From the NCBI RefSeq assembly GCF_009914755.1, contig NC_060931.1: a stretch of 64,000 bases of DNA. One strand, given 5' to 3'. This document shows positions 49,620 through 64,000 of the stretch, piece by piece. The notes under the pieces are model-generated. The model was given only the letters and a program-made list of their open reading frames with translations. It searched no databases and was not told the origin of the DNA. The number at the start of each line of letters is the position of its first letter. Position 1 is the first letter of the stretch. The position numbers and the translations under genes are program-made. This DNA comes from the human T2T-CHM13v2.0 reference genome, Homo sapiens.

Positions 49620-52600
49620 CAAATCAAATCAAATATATATGGATAAAGTGATGCCATATAATGACCAATGTAAGGGAAAATCCTGTATAATTATCTCAAT
49701 AGAGGCAGAAAAAAGCATTTTTCAAAATTCAACACTCATTAACAATAAAAATCATCAGTCTGACATAAAAGGCATCTATGAAAAACCTACACAAATATTA
49801 TGCTGAATGATTACATGCTGAATGCTTTTTTCTAAGAGCAGGAATAAGGAAGGTATGCTTGCTCTCACTATGTTTAACAATGTATTGGAGGCTCTAGCAA
49901 TCAAAGTAAGACAAGAAAAAGAAACGAAAAGCATAGTTTGCAAAGGAAGAATTTGGAAATGACATAACGATGTATTTGGAAATTTTAAGAAATCAATAAA
50001 ACATCTACTATAATAAACTAATAAGTGAGTGTAGCAAGGTCTGAGAGTACAATGACAATATAAATCAATTGTATTTTTCTATACTAGGAGCTAACAACTG
50101 GAAAGTAAAATAAAATAGTTTCCTTTTAAATACAAAGTACATAAAACATATGTTAAAAACATTACATACTTAAAAATAAATTTAACCCAAATTTGCAAAG
50201 CCTCTATACTAAATTTAAGAAAACATTACTGAAAGTTTTTTAAAAAACTTAAATAAGTGGAGATAGATGCCATGTGGTCATTGGAAGACCCAACACTGTC
50301 AAGATATCAATTATTTCAAAAACCTATGGTTTGAATACAATCCCAGTCATAATGCTTATAGGCTACTTGTATATAAAATGACAAACGGAATCAAACATTT
50401 TGTGAAAATGTGCAGTATTTAATATAGCCAAAACCACCTTAAAAGAGAAAAATCATTCTGAAGGAGTTACACAACCTGACGTTAAAGCTTATTATATTGT
50501 GGCGCTGGCTTAAGGAAAGAAAATAGATGAGTTTAATTTAATAGATAATCCAGACATAGACTCACACTTGACAGGTCAAGTGATTTGCAATAAAGATACA
50601 AAAGCATTAAATGGAGAAAGGAGAATCTTTTCAATATCAGTGCTGGCAAACTGGATATATGGGAGAAAAATAATCTAGACCCTATCTCAAACTATGCACA
50701 AAAAATCAACTTTGTTTGTAGATCTAAGCGTAAAACTTCCAAAATACACCAAAACAGAATATTTTCATGGCCTTCCCTGTATGCAAATATTTATTAGACA
50801 GGACATCAAAAGTATTAAACATGTAATTTAAAAATGATAAATTAGACCATGAAAATTTAAACCTCTGCAAATCAAAAGACAGCATTGACAAATTGAGTAT
50901 TGAAACCATAGACAAGAAAAAAATATTCTCAAAATATGTATCTGCCAGTGGAGTTACATTCAGACTGCATAAAATATGAAAGATAACCCAAGGAAATAAT
51001 GGAGCAAAAGACTTTAATAAATATTTTTTAAAAGAAGGTATACGAATGGCCAATAAACACAAGAAAAATGTTCATCATTAGTTAAATTAAAGTTAAATTA
51101 GTTAAAAGTGTTAATCTTTAGGAAAATGCAAATTAAAACAAGTTATCACTAATACACACACCAGAATGACTAAAATCAGAACTCTCTTACATTGCTGGTA
51201 GAGGTGTAAAAATGTTACAATCAATTTAATTATCCAAAAAAAGTCTTGATAATCTCATATAAAGTTCAATGTACATCAGCAATTTGGGGTCTTAGGTAAT
51301 TGTTAAAGAGAAATAAATATATATTTCCACAAAAATACTTGGAAAACCATGTTTACAGCACTTTTATTGTTAATAACCTCAAGCTGGAAACAAACCGAGA
51401 CTCCATGAACAAAATAGACCAATAAATTGTGTTAAGTTCATACAATGGAATATTACATAAATATAAAAAGCAGCAAACTACTAATGTTTATTTTTTTAAA
51501 TTTCAACATTATATTGAGCAAAACAGTACATACTGTATAATTCCATTTATATGAATTCAAGAATAGGAAAAAAAGTCTAACTTGAATACAATCAGAACTT
51601 TGGCTGCCACTGGCAGGTGAAAGGGCAAGGAGCAGATTGGGAAGGAACAATGAGGGAATTTTCTGGAGAAAGCTGCAGTGTATCTCCTTGTCAATACCGT
51701 ATGGCTAATATTTGAGCATTTCAATATACATAAATTTTATCTAAAAAAGCAAGAATTGTAAACAAGTAATAATAATTATGTGAAGGTTTAGGGAATGGAT
51801 GCAGGCATCGATAAAATGAGAATGGCAGGACAATGCTAATTTTTGTAGTTGGGTGATGGAAACATAAGTGTTCATTATGATAGTCTGCTTACTTTGATAT
51901 ATGTTAGAGAACTTCCATAGGAAAAAGCTAAACAAGAAACCTACAGTAAATATTACACTTCAGTTGTGTGATTTTAAAATTATTCCTTTAGGATTAGAAA
52001 TGAGAACAATACCTAGTAGCATGACTGACTTCTAGGTGCTAATGAGGTGGTAGTGAATAAGGGCAGAAATTTTAAAATATAAAGTAAAAATGACTGAAAA
52101 TAATTAAAACTGTCATAATTTTCAGATTATCGAACTGTATATGTAGAAAATCCAAGTTAATTTGCAAAGACATTTTTAGACTTAAGACAGTTTTGTAAGT
52201 TTTTGGAAACAAAGCAAATATTCAAATCAAATACATTTTTATACACCCGCCTCAAACAGACAGAAAATCAAATTTTAAATATCACTTGTAAAGACATCAA
52301 AAGTACAAATAAATAAAGTATCCAATACCTAGGAATAATTCTCTCAATCGATGTGCAAATCCTCTCTCAGGAAAAATAAATGGTATGGAGAGAAATTAAA
52401 GAAGATCTAAGTTAGTGGACATAAGTTCATGGATTAGAAGACTCTATTATAAATATATCAGTTTTCCCAAACTGAGCTATAAATTCAGCGGAATTCCAAT
52501 TGAGTTTCAAACGGACTATTTTTGTAGAGCTTGACAAGCTGATTCTAGAATTTGCATGAAAATACAAATGGCCAAAAGTGAGCCAAGATATTTTTGAAGA

Positions 52601-52662
52601 AGAACAAAGTGGGAAGAATGATACTACCACCTACCAATGAAGCCACAGTAATTTAGAAATTA

Positions 52663-52980
<318 letters not shown>

Positions 52981-53245
52981 TTAAGACAGTGACATATTAG
53001 CACAAATATAAAAAATAATAGTAGAAATAGGTCTATGCGTATGCGTACACAACTTTTAAATCAAATTTGGTGTAACAGAGCAGTAGAAAAATGACCATCT
53101 TTTCAATTAATGGTGCTAAGATAATTGAATATCCATATGGAATTCAAAAACTCAACTTGACATCTGCAGCATACCAAAAATAAAAATCAATCTGAGATTG
53201 GTTGCAGATCTAAATGTGAAAGTTAAAACAAGAAAGTTTCTAAGA

Positions 53246-53447
53246 CAGTGCTGTCCAATGGAAATTTCAGTGATGATGGAAATTTTCTATGTCTGCACTG
53301 TCCAATATGGAACCGCTAGCCATATGTAATTACTGAGCACTTGAAACTTAGCTAGTGAAAATAAGAAACTGAATTTTTCGGTTTCCTCAATTTTAATTTT
53401 ATTTTAAATATTCACTGGCTGGTGTATACCATATTGAATAGTGTGGG
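53246..53447. mobile_element. MER3 (hAT-Charlie) MITE
   Basis: 'cagtgctgtccaat' ... 'gatgatggaaattttctatgtctgcactgtccaatatgg' ... 'catattgaatagtg'. Confidence 0.8.
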
Positions 53448-53579
53448 TCTGATGGATAACATGAAAGGATATCCTTATGATCTAAGGGTAGAAAAGTCTT
53501 CCTAGAGAAGATACAAACAATAGCAACCATAAAGAAAAAGATCATTTTCTTGGATCACATTACAACTACGAACTCTGTT

Positions 53580-53600
53580 CAACAACAACAACAACAACAA
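53580..53600. repeat. (CAA)7 microsatellite
   Basis: caacaacaacaacaacaacaa. Confidence 0.85.
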
Positions 53601-56600
53601 AACACTATGAAGAGAGTGTAAAGATGAAGCATAAAGTGCAGGAAAATATAACATGAACACAAAACAAAAGGCTCATATTCACCATAAAAAAGGAACTCCT
53701 ATAAGTAAATTAGTAAAATATAAACACATGAGAAAAATTGGTAAGGAACATGAGCAGAAGTTTCCCTAAAGGTATTCAAATAGCCAATAAATATATAAAA
53801 AATGCAGTCAGCCTGTTAGTAAATGTAAATTTAAACAAGTGTATCATTATAACTCCATAAGAAGGGCTACAAAAAGAGACTGACAAGACTAAGTATTGGC
53901 GAATATGTGGCACAATGAGAACACTTTCACAGAGTGGGAATGAAAAATGGCATAACCATTATGGAAAAACCAGTTGGCATTAAACACACATGTTGAAGAC
54001 ACTCACACAGCATGACCCAGCAATTCCATTCCTAGGATTACACCCAACAGAAATGCAGAGACTAGCACAACTCATGATAGTTTTGTAGTTCCAAACAGAA
54101 AGAAGTTGCATGGATAAAGAATGCATAACATATTTATACAATGAAATACCAAACACACATTAAAACAAAGCACAGCTATCATGTAATAAAATGAATAAAC
54201 ATGGAGAACAATTTAATAGCATTTATTAAGAACCTTAAAAATTATCATACCCTTCAAGGTACTGATTCTATTTATAGAAATTTATTCTAGGTGAATATAT
54301 ATATATATATGTACCTACAAGGATATCGATTAGAGTGCTATTTGTACCACAGAAAAAGTAGAAAAAAAGAAATCATGAATTGTATAAATTATCATACTGC
54401 TATATGAAGAAAAACTAAGCTGCCAGTATAAATTACTTAATGACATTTAATGATGTCACAAAATATTAAGGCAAATATGCAAGCCATAAATATGATACTA
54501 ATGAAAAATGTCACTGTCAAAATGTTATGGAAACAGCACCAAAACATTTAACAGTGCATACTTCTATGTGGTGCTATTTAGAATGATTTTAAGTTTCTTC
54601 CTTCTATTTTTCTATTATCTACAAATTTTCCCAACAAAAACTTAGCAATCATAAAAAGAATATTGCTGTTTTTAATATAAATATGACTAAAGGTTAATAC
54701 TAGCTAATTAAAAAGTCAGGAAGAGAAATATGTATTATATATATGCTTTATTATTTTTAGAAAAGCTTTCTGAGGTTTAGAAAAAATAAGTATTGAAAGA
54801 TCCTATAAATTAATGGTAACTATATTGGGGAAACCTTTGAATATAAAGCTTGAAAATTAAGAAAGATAATCAGAAAATAGAATATTAGTTTAAAAGAAAT
54901 CAAAGCAACAAAACCAAGAATACAAATTGTTCCATAACAACCATCTTTCCCCAGAATGGAATAAACAAATGAATACTCTCACGTGTTAAAATACTAGGGA
55001 CAAGAGATGCCTTTAACCCTGTCATCACCCTTCAACTTAAACCATTTATTACAGGAAGTAACTCATATTCCCTTTGACTACTGAGGATTGTCTACAAGTT
55101 TAACACTTAGATATCCATGGTTTCCTTTCTACATTAACCCATCAACCCATAGTACAGAGTCTTCATTATTCTTTTGTTTTTAGTACTGAGCTGGTCTTTC
55201 TTTGGAGTTCTTTGAAATACAATAAAGAAGAAAGAAATCAATATTTGAAGGAGGCAGTATGAAAATATCTATTAAATGCAGAACTTTAAAGCAAGTGCTA
55301 TTTTAATAAAATGTTAATAAATGGAACCAAATGATCTTTCTCACAAATGATATTTGCAGTTGTTTAATATAGCTATTATATAACTTTGTGTTTGGGGCAC
55401 ATATTTTAAGGAAATAAGAATTCATATAAGTAAACCAACAAATTTATAGGATGCTTGACACCTGATTTAAAAATCTGTCTTCAAACTATCTCATTAATTC
55501 TAGAAGATAATTTAAGTATTATATATTAGTAGGTTACAATTCAATTTAAGCCTTGTCTACTCTATTTGAGTGATCTGCTTTCAAATATTACATGCTTAAA
55601 TTCCATTTGGAATAAATTTCCAAGACTATGGTTCTGAAAAATATAAATTAACAAAAGTAAATTTATTTTTCTCCTGACAGCTATACATCACGTAATTATT
55701 TGCTAAGAAGTAAAATCTTCTATCAGGAAAGCCTGCATGACAAATTGTAAACATTTAAATGAATGTTGAAGGAATTCTTTCTTCTTTTTGAAATGCTTTA
55801 TAGTTTGATAAATGAATAAATTTTGAATTCTACATTTCTAATTTCAGAAGAAAAGCTTATTTTCAAAACACGTCAATGTGTATGAGTGTGTATGTATATA
55901 TATGTAATCAAGCTGCCATATTTATTCAAAGTAGAACCACTTCTTTTAGTTATTTATTGTGTGATTTATCTGATAAATGTGTAATTCAGAAGAAAAATAA
56001 TTACAAATTTCAAGTATAAAAATACTTTGAAGCCATTTGAAACTAATATTGTATGCCAACAGAAAATATATTTTTAAATTATTTTTGAGGTGATTAAGGA
56101 AAAACTTTTACATAAAGTATAGACTATGAATCTATATTGGTCTTAACAATTGTTAATTACTGATTAACAATGAGATAAAGAGAACGTATTGTCAACAGTG
56201 TCTAAGTATAGGAAAATGGAGCTTACAGTCCCAAATCTGCCCCCAAAAATGTATTTCAAGACTACTTGGAATTATATTTTGGAAAGGAAATTAGCCTTCT
56301 TTTTTTCTAGAATAAAGAACTTTATTGTTTCTAAAATAAAGCTGAAAATGTTTTTATAAATAAAAATGAAAATAATTTAATAAATAAATTAAATGTACTT
56401 CTATAAAGAACCTGTGTTATAAAATAAAAAATTTAGGAGATCTGACTGAATATTTCACCAATATCTATACTACTTTCGGTAAAACATTTATGGTTTGGTA
56501 AAACATCTAATGACTTGTGTTTTATATTCTCAACCACAGGTAAGTACAATAGGCTAGGCTACATGATGAAGGCTTAGGATTGCTTTTTAAGATCATTCTG

Positions 56601-57145
56601 TGAAAAAACAAATTTATATTGGTTTACCAAATTGGGTGTAGAACTTACACATTTGAAAGACTACAAATTAAAGCAAATTGAATGAGGTATTAATCCAGTT
56701 ATTTAGAGAACTTTCTTTGTCATAGTTGGATTAGGTCTCTCTCTAATGCAATTTTTGACAGAGGGAGGAGTAACTGACACCTTTTTGTTTGTTACATACA
56801 AAAACCTTGTTGGTCAGGGCCTGAAGTCTAGAGTTGCTGAAATTTAGAGCTCTAGAGTAAAGCTCTGGAAAATGCTGGTAAGAAGATATAGAGAAGGAAC
56901 TCCAAGTTTAAGGAGACCCATATGGCAGTTCTCAATCCCCACACATTACCCCAGCTTATGTACGAAAAACTACACAAGTATTTGAAAACGCTTTTTATGA
57001 GACTTGGTTTCAATCACTGTAGTCACCAATAAGTGTTTGCTACACTGTCTCTCTGTTATTTCCTGTTAGTCAAGCTTCTCTGAGTCTACTGAGTCCCCCA
57101 ATTAAAGATGCATATTTATTAGAAGGCAATAGGTTGTGTAGTGAC

Positions 57146-57586
57146 TGCAGTAGTTGCCTAGGGCCACTGTAACAAAGTACCACAAACAGGGTGTCTTAAA
57201 AACAACAAAAATTTGTTGTATTTCACTCTTGGAGGCTAGAAGTCTGAAACCATGTTTCTTTTGAAACTTCTTGGAAATCTTTCCTTCCCTCTTGCTAGCT
57301 TCTTGTGGTTTACTGGTAATCTTTGGTATTCTTTGGGTTGCAATTGCATAACTCCCATTTCTGCCTTCGATGCCAAAAGACATTCTTCCTGTATGTCTTC
57401 ACATGGCCATCTTCTTATGAGAACACCAGTCATATTGGATTACGGACCTCCCTACTCCAGGATAACATCATCTTAACTATTTACACCTGCAGTGACCCTA
57501 TTTCCAAATAAAGGTCACATTCTGGTGTATTGGGAGTTGAACTTCAACTTATCTTCTTTAGGGGACACAATTTAACCAAAATAGCA
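57146..57586 (-). mobile_element. MLT1C-like MaLR LTR
   Basis: 'ctgtaacaaagtaccacaaac', 'ccctatttccaaataaaggtcacattct', 'ggggacacaatttaacc'. Confidence 0.85.
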
Positions 57587-57769
57587 ACAATGTGATTTAT
57601 TATTTAGACCAGGAAAGCTGCAGAAGACTCACATAGGTGAGGTTTTTGCAAACACTCATAGGAATAGGTTTAAGTTCATTTAATCCTTCCCAAGAAACTT
57701 CACAAGACTAACAGACTTGTCTGGCCAAAACTGATTTTTTCTCATAGTTTAGTCTATTATACTAAAGAG

Positions 57770-57985
57770 AGCAGGAAACTGTGCTGTCACACATACATTG
57801 CGTATGATTTTATTTAATTCTCAAAACTTTGCATATTTGTTATTCTTATCTAGATTTATATATGAGAATAGTGAAAAGTTAAATAAGTTACTCAAGATAG
57901 CATAGCAGGAATGTGCCAAGGCTTAGATCAAGAGTTCCAGGCTTTTTAAGTCACAAAGATCATCCTCTTTCCATGGAACTATGTG
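57770..57985 (-). mobile_element. MIR remnant
   Basis: 'ttatttaattctcaaaac' and 'aagttaaataagttactcaagatagcatagc'. Confidence 0.6.
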
Positions 57986-58029
57986 GTCTCCCTCAATTAA
58001 TATACTGAGAGATGATGATAAGGCCATCC

Positions 58030-58199
58030 AGAGTCACACAATATAGTTTAGCTCTTCATATAATTTTCATGTGACATGAAGTATGACTCATATTTTTTTC
58101 AACTATTCAAAAATATAAAACCTATTCTTAGCTTGCAAGTCATACAAAAACTGGCAGCAGGCTGGATTTGGCCCATAAGTAATAGCTTCCCAATCCCTG
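58030..58199. mobile_element. MER58B-like fragment
   Basis: 'attcttagcttgcaagtcatacaaaaactggcagcaggctggatttggccc' ... 'atccctg'. Confidence 0.7.
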
Positions 58200-59098
58200 G
58201 CATACTGGGAAGAACACTGGTTTGTAAATGTGGGCCTTCAGTCCTTGCAGTTTAGACTCTAGGTCACCAAATGGATAATTACAAAATCAGTCAAGTCAGA
58301 ATGTATAAAGACATGGCTAAGAGATCAGACAATTTATTACACTCACCAGATATTCTGGTGTTACAATGTCTATGCCATTTAGAAAAAAAATACTTAAACT
58401 TAATTTTTAGAAACAGGAAGCAGATCTGAAGCAAATATCTGAATTAAGTTAAAATATCCTTCTTCCAAAAAAAGAGAAACAAAGAAAAAGTCACAGAAAT
58501 TGTATTGGCTATCTAATGCAATTTATTTCAATCTATCAAAAGATTTGTAACTATATTATTACTTCCCTTTAGGGAGTACAATAATCTCAGTATTGCCATA
58601 AAATATGCCGTTACACCTTGCAAAACACTGAAACTTGTAATTTTCCCTTATGTCATATTCATTCTTCTTAATGTGCTGTGAAGTCCAGGAAAATTTCCAA
58701 AGTCAAAAAGCACTGGAGAATATGAAACAGATATAAGTGCTTCAAATATTGGAAGTATACTGGAGGATCTCTTTTCAAAAATTAAATATTCCCTGAGCAG
58801 CCTCAATTGAATCACAGGGTGAAATAACCACTATGATCAGTGAAATATGTTGCTTATATAAGTAATGTTGAGATGGAAAAGAATTAATTAGTTGGAAGAC
58901 TGTGGATAAGGACAGTACAGTCTGTAAAGCTTGAATACATATTATAATCCATGCAATGATGATGAGAATAATGGGCAACAAGAGGAAAACAAACTATTAT
59001 AATACTGCCATTAGATATCAGCTATTTAGAGTAAGAATTTAATAACTAGGGAGTGGGATTATAAACCATGGAGGCTACTTCTATTAAGATGATTATCA

Positions 59099-59492
<394 letters not shown>

Positions 59493-59599
59493 TCAATGAT
59501 AAATACTTTCACAGTTTCGATGTTCTTTGTGAGTTTTGCTATTTATTTACATGTTATGAGAAAATCGTATTTTATGATAAAAATAATAACCCTGAATAC

Positions 59600-60535
59600 T
59601 ATGAGGACAAATAAAAACAAGAGGCTTAATTCTTCCCTTTGAAAATAAAGGAAGAGACTTATTCCCCTTCTCCCATCCTTTTTCTGAGAATATTTACTTT
59701 ATTTTTTAGATTATTTTTAAATTTTAGATTCAGGAGTACATGTATGGGTTTGTTACATGGATATACTGTATAATGCTGAGGTTTGGGCTTCTAGTGTACC
59801 CATCATCCAAAGAGTGAACACTATAACCAATAGGTAACTTTTTAACCCTCACCCCTCTTTGGAATCCCTAGTGTCAATTATTTTCATGTTTACGTCCATG
59901 TGTACTTATTGTTTAGCTCCTATTTATGAGTGAGAACGGAGAGCATTTACTTTAGGCAATTGATAATTTTAAGTATTTTCTCCTCTCTTTGACAAGTATA
60001 TACAACCTTTTAAAGATATGAAAGGCCTTTTGTCAGCTTTATGACCCAGGAATGTCTTCTAAAAGATTTGAGAGCCATCCTTTTGAAATGCAAACATCAA
60101 GGAAAACAGTATCCTCCTCTCCCAGCTTCTGTGGAAGGGTGGGAGCCTAACTTTGGTAGGTACCTTTCTCCAATTTGTGTAACTACCTCCTGTCATAAAG
60201 ATGTGAGAAGTTTGTTTTTCCTCTGGATAAACCCAATTACTATGTAAACCTAGGGTAAGCTATTTGTGATGAATGATATTGTCAAGTTCTGTTACTCGAG
60301 GACTAGTTATTGTTTATCTTGAAAATATGCATGCAATCGTTTGTATCTGCTTGGCTATATAAGGGGTTAAGATTCCTTTCCATCTTGGCAATCTCTTAGC
60401 AGATGGTCTGTACCGCATATCACATTCTGGTTTAATGCGTATTCAATAATACAAGTGTTTTCTTTTTCTATTACCCTTGTGGAGAGGATTTTGGGGTTGG
60501 GAGAAGATTTTGGTTTTAATTATATTTTCTCAACA
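59600..60535 (+). mobile_element. ERV1 solo LTR (MER34-group-like) with a nested L1 fragment
   Basis: T(A)TGAGGA...CAACA; 4-bp TSD atac; 'ttatgacccaggaatgtc'; TATA-like 'ctatataa'. Confidence 0.7.
59702..59938 (-). mobile_element. L1PA16/L1PB 3' fragment
   Basis: TSD gagaatatttacttta / gagagcatttacttta (14/16). Confidence 0.85.
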
Positions 60536-61294
60536 ATACTCATCTGGCTACATTTGCATTTTTGATCAGATATTTTGTTTTAATTGGGCAAATGGGATCA
60601 CTTCATTAATAATTATAATGAATAATGTTTGTCTTTAATATTCACATATGATTTTTTTACTTTTTATGTTTCTTGCAACTAGATTTTTTTATGATTAAAT
60701 CCTCAACCCGAAGCAAAAGGAACCAAGATAAATATTTTGTTTATAAACTAAGATTATTGGTTTCTGATGGTTGAAAATAGGTAGCCTCATAACTTTCCAA
60801 TCTTATATTTAAAACATATTCATTAGCTCAGAGGTCCTCAGTGTCTTCCTAGGAAAGTCTACTTATTTTCTACTTACTTCATGTTGAGGTAGAAGTATTA
60901 GATAGAAGCACAGAGGTTAGGAATGTGGGAAGTTGCTAACTAGCAGGTCAATAATCTCAGTCATCAGGTAGACTCAGATAGATAGAGTTGTAAATCATTG
61001 CTGTGGTTTTCTTGGCACTCTGGAAATTTCTAGGGATTCTTCCAGGGCTGCTGTGCTGGGGAAGGGTTGAATGGCCTGCTCTGGAGCAACTATTCCTCTT
61101 ATTGCCCCACTTCAGATAGCAGGGGTTTTGGCTAGTTTCGTTTGAACAAACGACTAATTAAAAGGCTTCAACCTAGTCCAAACACACAAAAATCAGGAAT
61201 CACTTTACATTGTTTAGGCTGCTAAGTCACTGGGAGTGATTGGAAACTCACTGGTACTGCTATTAAAAGCATCAGCATTGCCATCAGTGCGTAT

Positions 61295-61485
61295 GTCAGT
61301 CCAAAGCCTGGTTCTTCCACATACTAGCTGGGCTGGTTACTTAAGCACTCACAGGCTCACTTTCCTCATCTATAAAGAGGGACTAACAAACACTGTCCTG
61401 AAAATATCTTTGTATTGATGATTTAGGCCCGGTCACAGTAAGCATCTAGGACAATGCCCGTCATATAATAAAAGCATAGGAAATG
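61295..61485 (+). mobile_element. MIR remnant
   Basis: 'ttacttaagcactcacaggctcactttcctcatctataaa'. Confidence 0.7.
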
Positions 61486-61539
61486 GAGACCCGGACTCTT
61501 TTTTTTTTAAAAAAAAGTGAGTTAAGAACTCCTCCTTAA

Positions 61540-62310
61540 ATTGCGGTAATTCTTTCTATCTATAATTTTGATCTACTGACCCACTATGATAGTTTTCTCC
61601 TCTAGAGTTAAAAATCATATAATTTGTCTTCCTCATCAAAGTTTTTAAATAAGAAAAAAACTTTTAACTTCTTCAAACTTTTTTTCCAACATATTTTAAG
61701 TTTCCTCTTAAGGGACTTTTTTGCAAAAGATTTCTATTCTGTGAAGTGTTCTAATTTGCTAGTGTTTCTGATGAAAATTTTAGTGAACAAAATATTCTAG
61801 ATACCATCTAATTGGCATAGAGTCCAATGAAACTACTGTAATTACATTACTATGATTTTAAATTATATTATTTCTTGTGGTAAATATAGACTAGTGCTGG
61901 CTCATTTCAAGGCCCCTGTGAATTAAAAGTGTTAAAGTACTTTTAAAATTGCTGTTTGTTTATATCTCCTTTATTCTTGTTGTCAACTCTTCGGAAACTA
62001 AATACAGAAGTTTATGTTGATGCCTACTACAATTCTACTTGTTGATTTAAGCCTATGCTTCAGCAATTTGAATCTGGATTCAATCTTCTAATTCACTAGT
62101 ATTGTTTTTTCAGATTTGTCATCTGAAAATTTTATATTCATATTTTCAATTTGTTTGGTCATGTAGTGTATTAAAAATATTGAACAGAAAGAGCCCTGTG
62201 TCCTACCACTTTCAATCTATCTCTATGAGACGGGTTATGCCCATATTTCTCAGTCATGTACAAGTCTACTTCGATTTTATTAAATGTTTTGATGAAATAC
62301 AAAATGACTA
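61540..62310 (-). mobile_element. L3/CR1 remnant
   Basis: 'aatattctagata', 'tttgtcatctgaaaattt', 'aaaaatattgaacagaaagagccctgtg'. Confidence 0.55.
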
Positions 62311-62334
62311 GTTACAATTATGTTTCTTCGGCAC

Positions 62335-62585
62335 ATTATGTGAAAGATACTTAGATCTAAATCCATTAAATACTTAAATTTATTTAATTTTCACAACCAT
62401 CATATGGGGTTGGAACTATTAGTATCCTAATAGCTACTAGTGAATTATTATCTTTATAGAGACAAAGGAATAGAGCAGTTAGGCAACTTGCCCAAACTCA
62501 CACAGGTAGTACATGGAAGAACTGGAAATCAGACTTAAGCAGTCTTATTTTAAAGTCATTATTCTTATACACTGTGCTATACAGA
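62335..62585 (-). mobile_element. MIR remnant
   Basis: 'gttaggcaacttgcccaaactcacacaggtagta'. Confidence 0.7.
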
Positions 62586-62922
62586 GTCTGCTACGAAATG
62601 TGTGATATTCACCTAGTAACACCCTACTAGCCTTTGTATCTCCTGATCCCCCCAAATAGGTTAATTGATTATGACCACTATTATTAAACAGTTGGATCTG
62701 AACTGACTTCTAGACTTCGTAAGTACTTCTAATATATGTTAATTAATTATTAATATGAATGAAATTTTAAAAATAAAGTACACAAGTACTTCTAATGAAG
62801 TTATATCAAATTTACCAGAGTTGTGTCTAAAGGATAATGTTTTTGAAGACCAGGTTGTCAGCCCTCTACAACCAACCTCTGTTCTGTTCTCTACAATTCC
62901 TCAAATATTTTTTGTGAGTGAC

Positions 62923-63456
62923 TTTGACCCAGCAACCCCATTACTGGGTATATACCCAAAGGATTATAAATCATTCTACTATAAAGACACATGCATATGT
63001 ATGCTTATTGCAGCACCATTTACAATAGCAAAGACTTGGGACCAACCCAAATGCCCATCAATGATAGACTGGATAAAGAAAATGTGGCACATATACAACA
63101 TTGAATACTATGCAGCCATAAGAAAGGATGAGTTCATGTCCTTTGCAGGGACATGGATAAAGCTGGAAACCATCATTCTCAGCAAACTGATACAGGAACA
63201 GAAAACCAAACACCGCATGTTCTCACTCATAAGTGGGAGTTGAACAATGAGAACACATGGACACGTGGTGGGGAACATCACACACTGGGGCCTGCCAGGA
63301 GATAGGGAATAGGGGAGGGATAGCATTAGGAGAAATACCTAATATAGATGATGGGTTGATGGGTGCAGCAAACCACTATGGCACGTGTATACCTATGTAA
63401 CAAACCTGCACCTTCTGCACATGTATCGCAGAACTTAAAGTATAATAAAAGAAAAA
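62923..63456 (+). mobile_element. L1PA7/8 3' fragment
   Basis: ORF2 C-terminus (FDPATPLLGIYPKD...SLISGS*); TSD agtgacttt at 62917-62925 and 63457-63465. Confidence 0.92.
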
Positions 63457-64000
63457 AGTGACTTTTTCATTTAAGTTTGCAAGCTATTTTGGTACCCTTG
63501 GTTAGATTTTGTTTGAGCTGGAATAGTAAAGTGTATCTAAAAGTTCTTTTCATCTTTCCATCTATTGTGGCCTTCAATTTTCTCTTTTAAAACCTGATAT
63601 AATTTTTCTCTTCATGACTATTTTTGTACAATAATTTAGAAAAGGAAAGCTTTAGTAAACAAGGCAAGAAGTAGTGCATGGATATGAGGAGGAGGGATAA
63701 CACTGGTGGTAGTACATTATGTTTTTATATGTCCTTTTTATTTTCTCACTTACAAGTGTTTGCCAATAGTCAAGAAAATGGAATAAGAGGAACATCACTC
63801 TGAATATGTAAGCAAATAATAAAATTTTGTGAGTGATTTTTTTACAAAAACCAAGTAAAGTTTCCTTGTTAGAAAACTTGAAATTTCCAATAAGGAAAAA
63901 TAGCTTCTGAAGTAAGGTCAGAAATCCATAAGGAAACAACTTTAAGAAAATACAAGGTAAAATAAAAAGATGAGATACAGAAAAATACTAAGGGAAAAGG

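Larger units (their letters stand above)
47640..51750 (+). mobile_element. Old L1M (L1MC/MD/ME): 5'UTR piece joined to decayed ORF2 and 3'UTR
   Basis: Repeated 'gacttcca...cagtaa' UTR units at 47.9-48.2 kb; ORF2-like 'aattatctcaatagaggcagaaaaaagcattt'; 3' end 'acataaattttatctaaaaaa'. Confidence 0.7.

Noticed and set aside
62755-63243. 162-aa ORF fusing unique sequence to the L1 ORF2 C-terminus
   Set aside because: Chance in-frame read into a truncated L1PA7/8; no promoter or splice support

Overview
AT-rich, repeat-dominated primate DNA, almost certainly human: it holds an AluYa8 with all 8 subfamily diagnostics, and Ya8 is human-specific. It is intergenic or deep intronic. I recognise no host protein-coding gene, tRNA, rRNA or CRISPR array, and nearly all long ORFs in the track are LINE-1 ORF1/ORF2 pieces or antisense reads of L1/Alu/LTR. 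Main elements: a full-length L1PA2 (29041-35377; intact 338-aa ORF1, broken ORF2, 15-bp TSD) carrying the AluYa8 and nested in an older L1MA; a 4-kb 5'-truncated L1PA5; a twin-primed inverted L1PA2; an ~11.5-kb ancient L1M scaffold riddled with later insertions; many Alu, MIR, L2, L3, MaLR/ERV LTR and Tigger/Charlie relics. I found no convincing new biological system. The best unannotated signals are an orphan TSD-flanked polyadenylated insert with a perfect 15-bp hairpin (6915-7282), an ancient L1MA 3' transduction (14179-15116), several templated-insertion repair scars, and a candidate recursive splice site (56539). Subfamily names come from my recall of consensus diagnostics and need RepeatMasker/Dfam confirmation.
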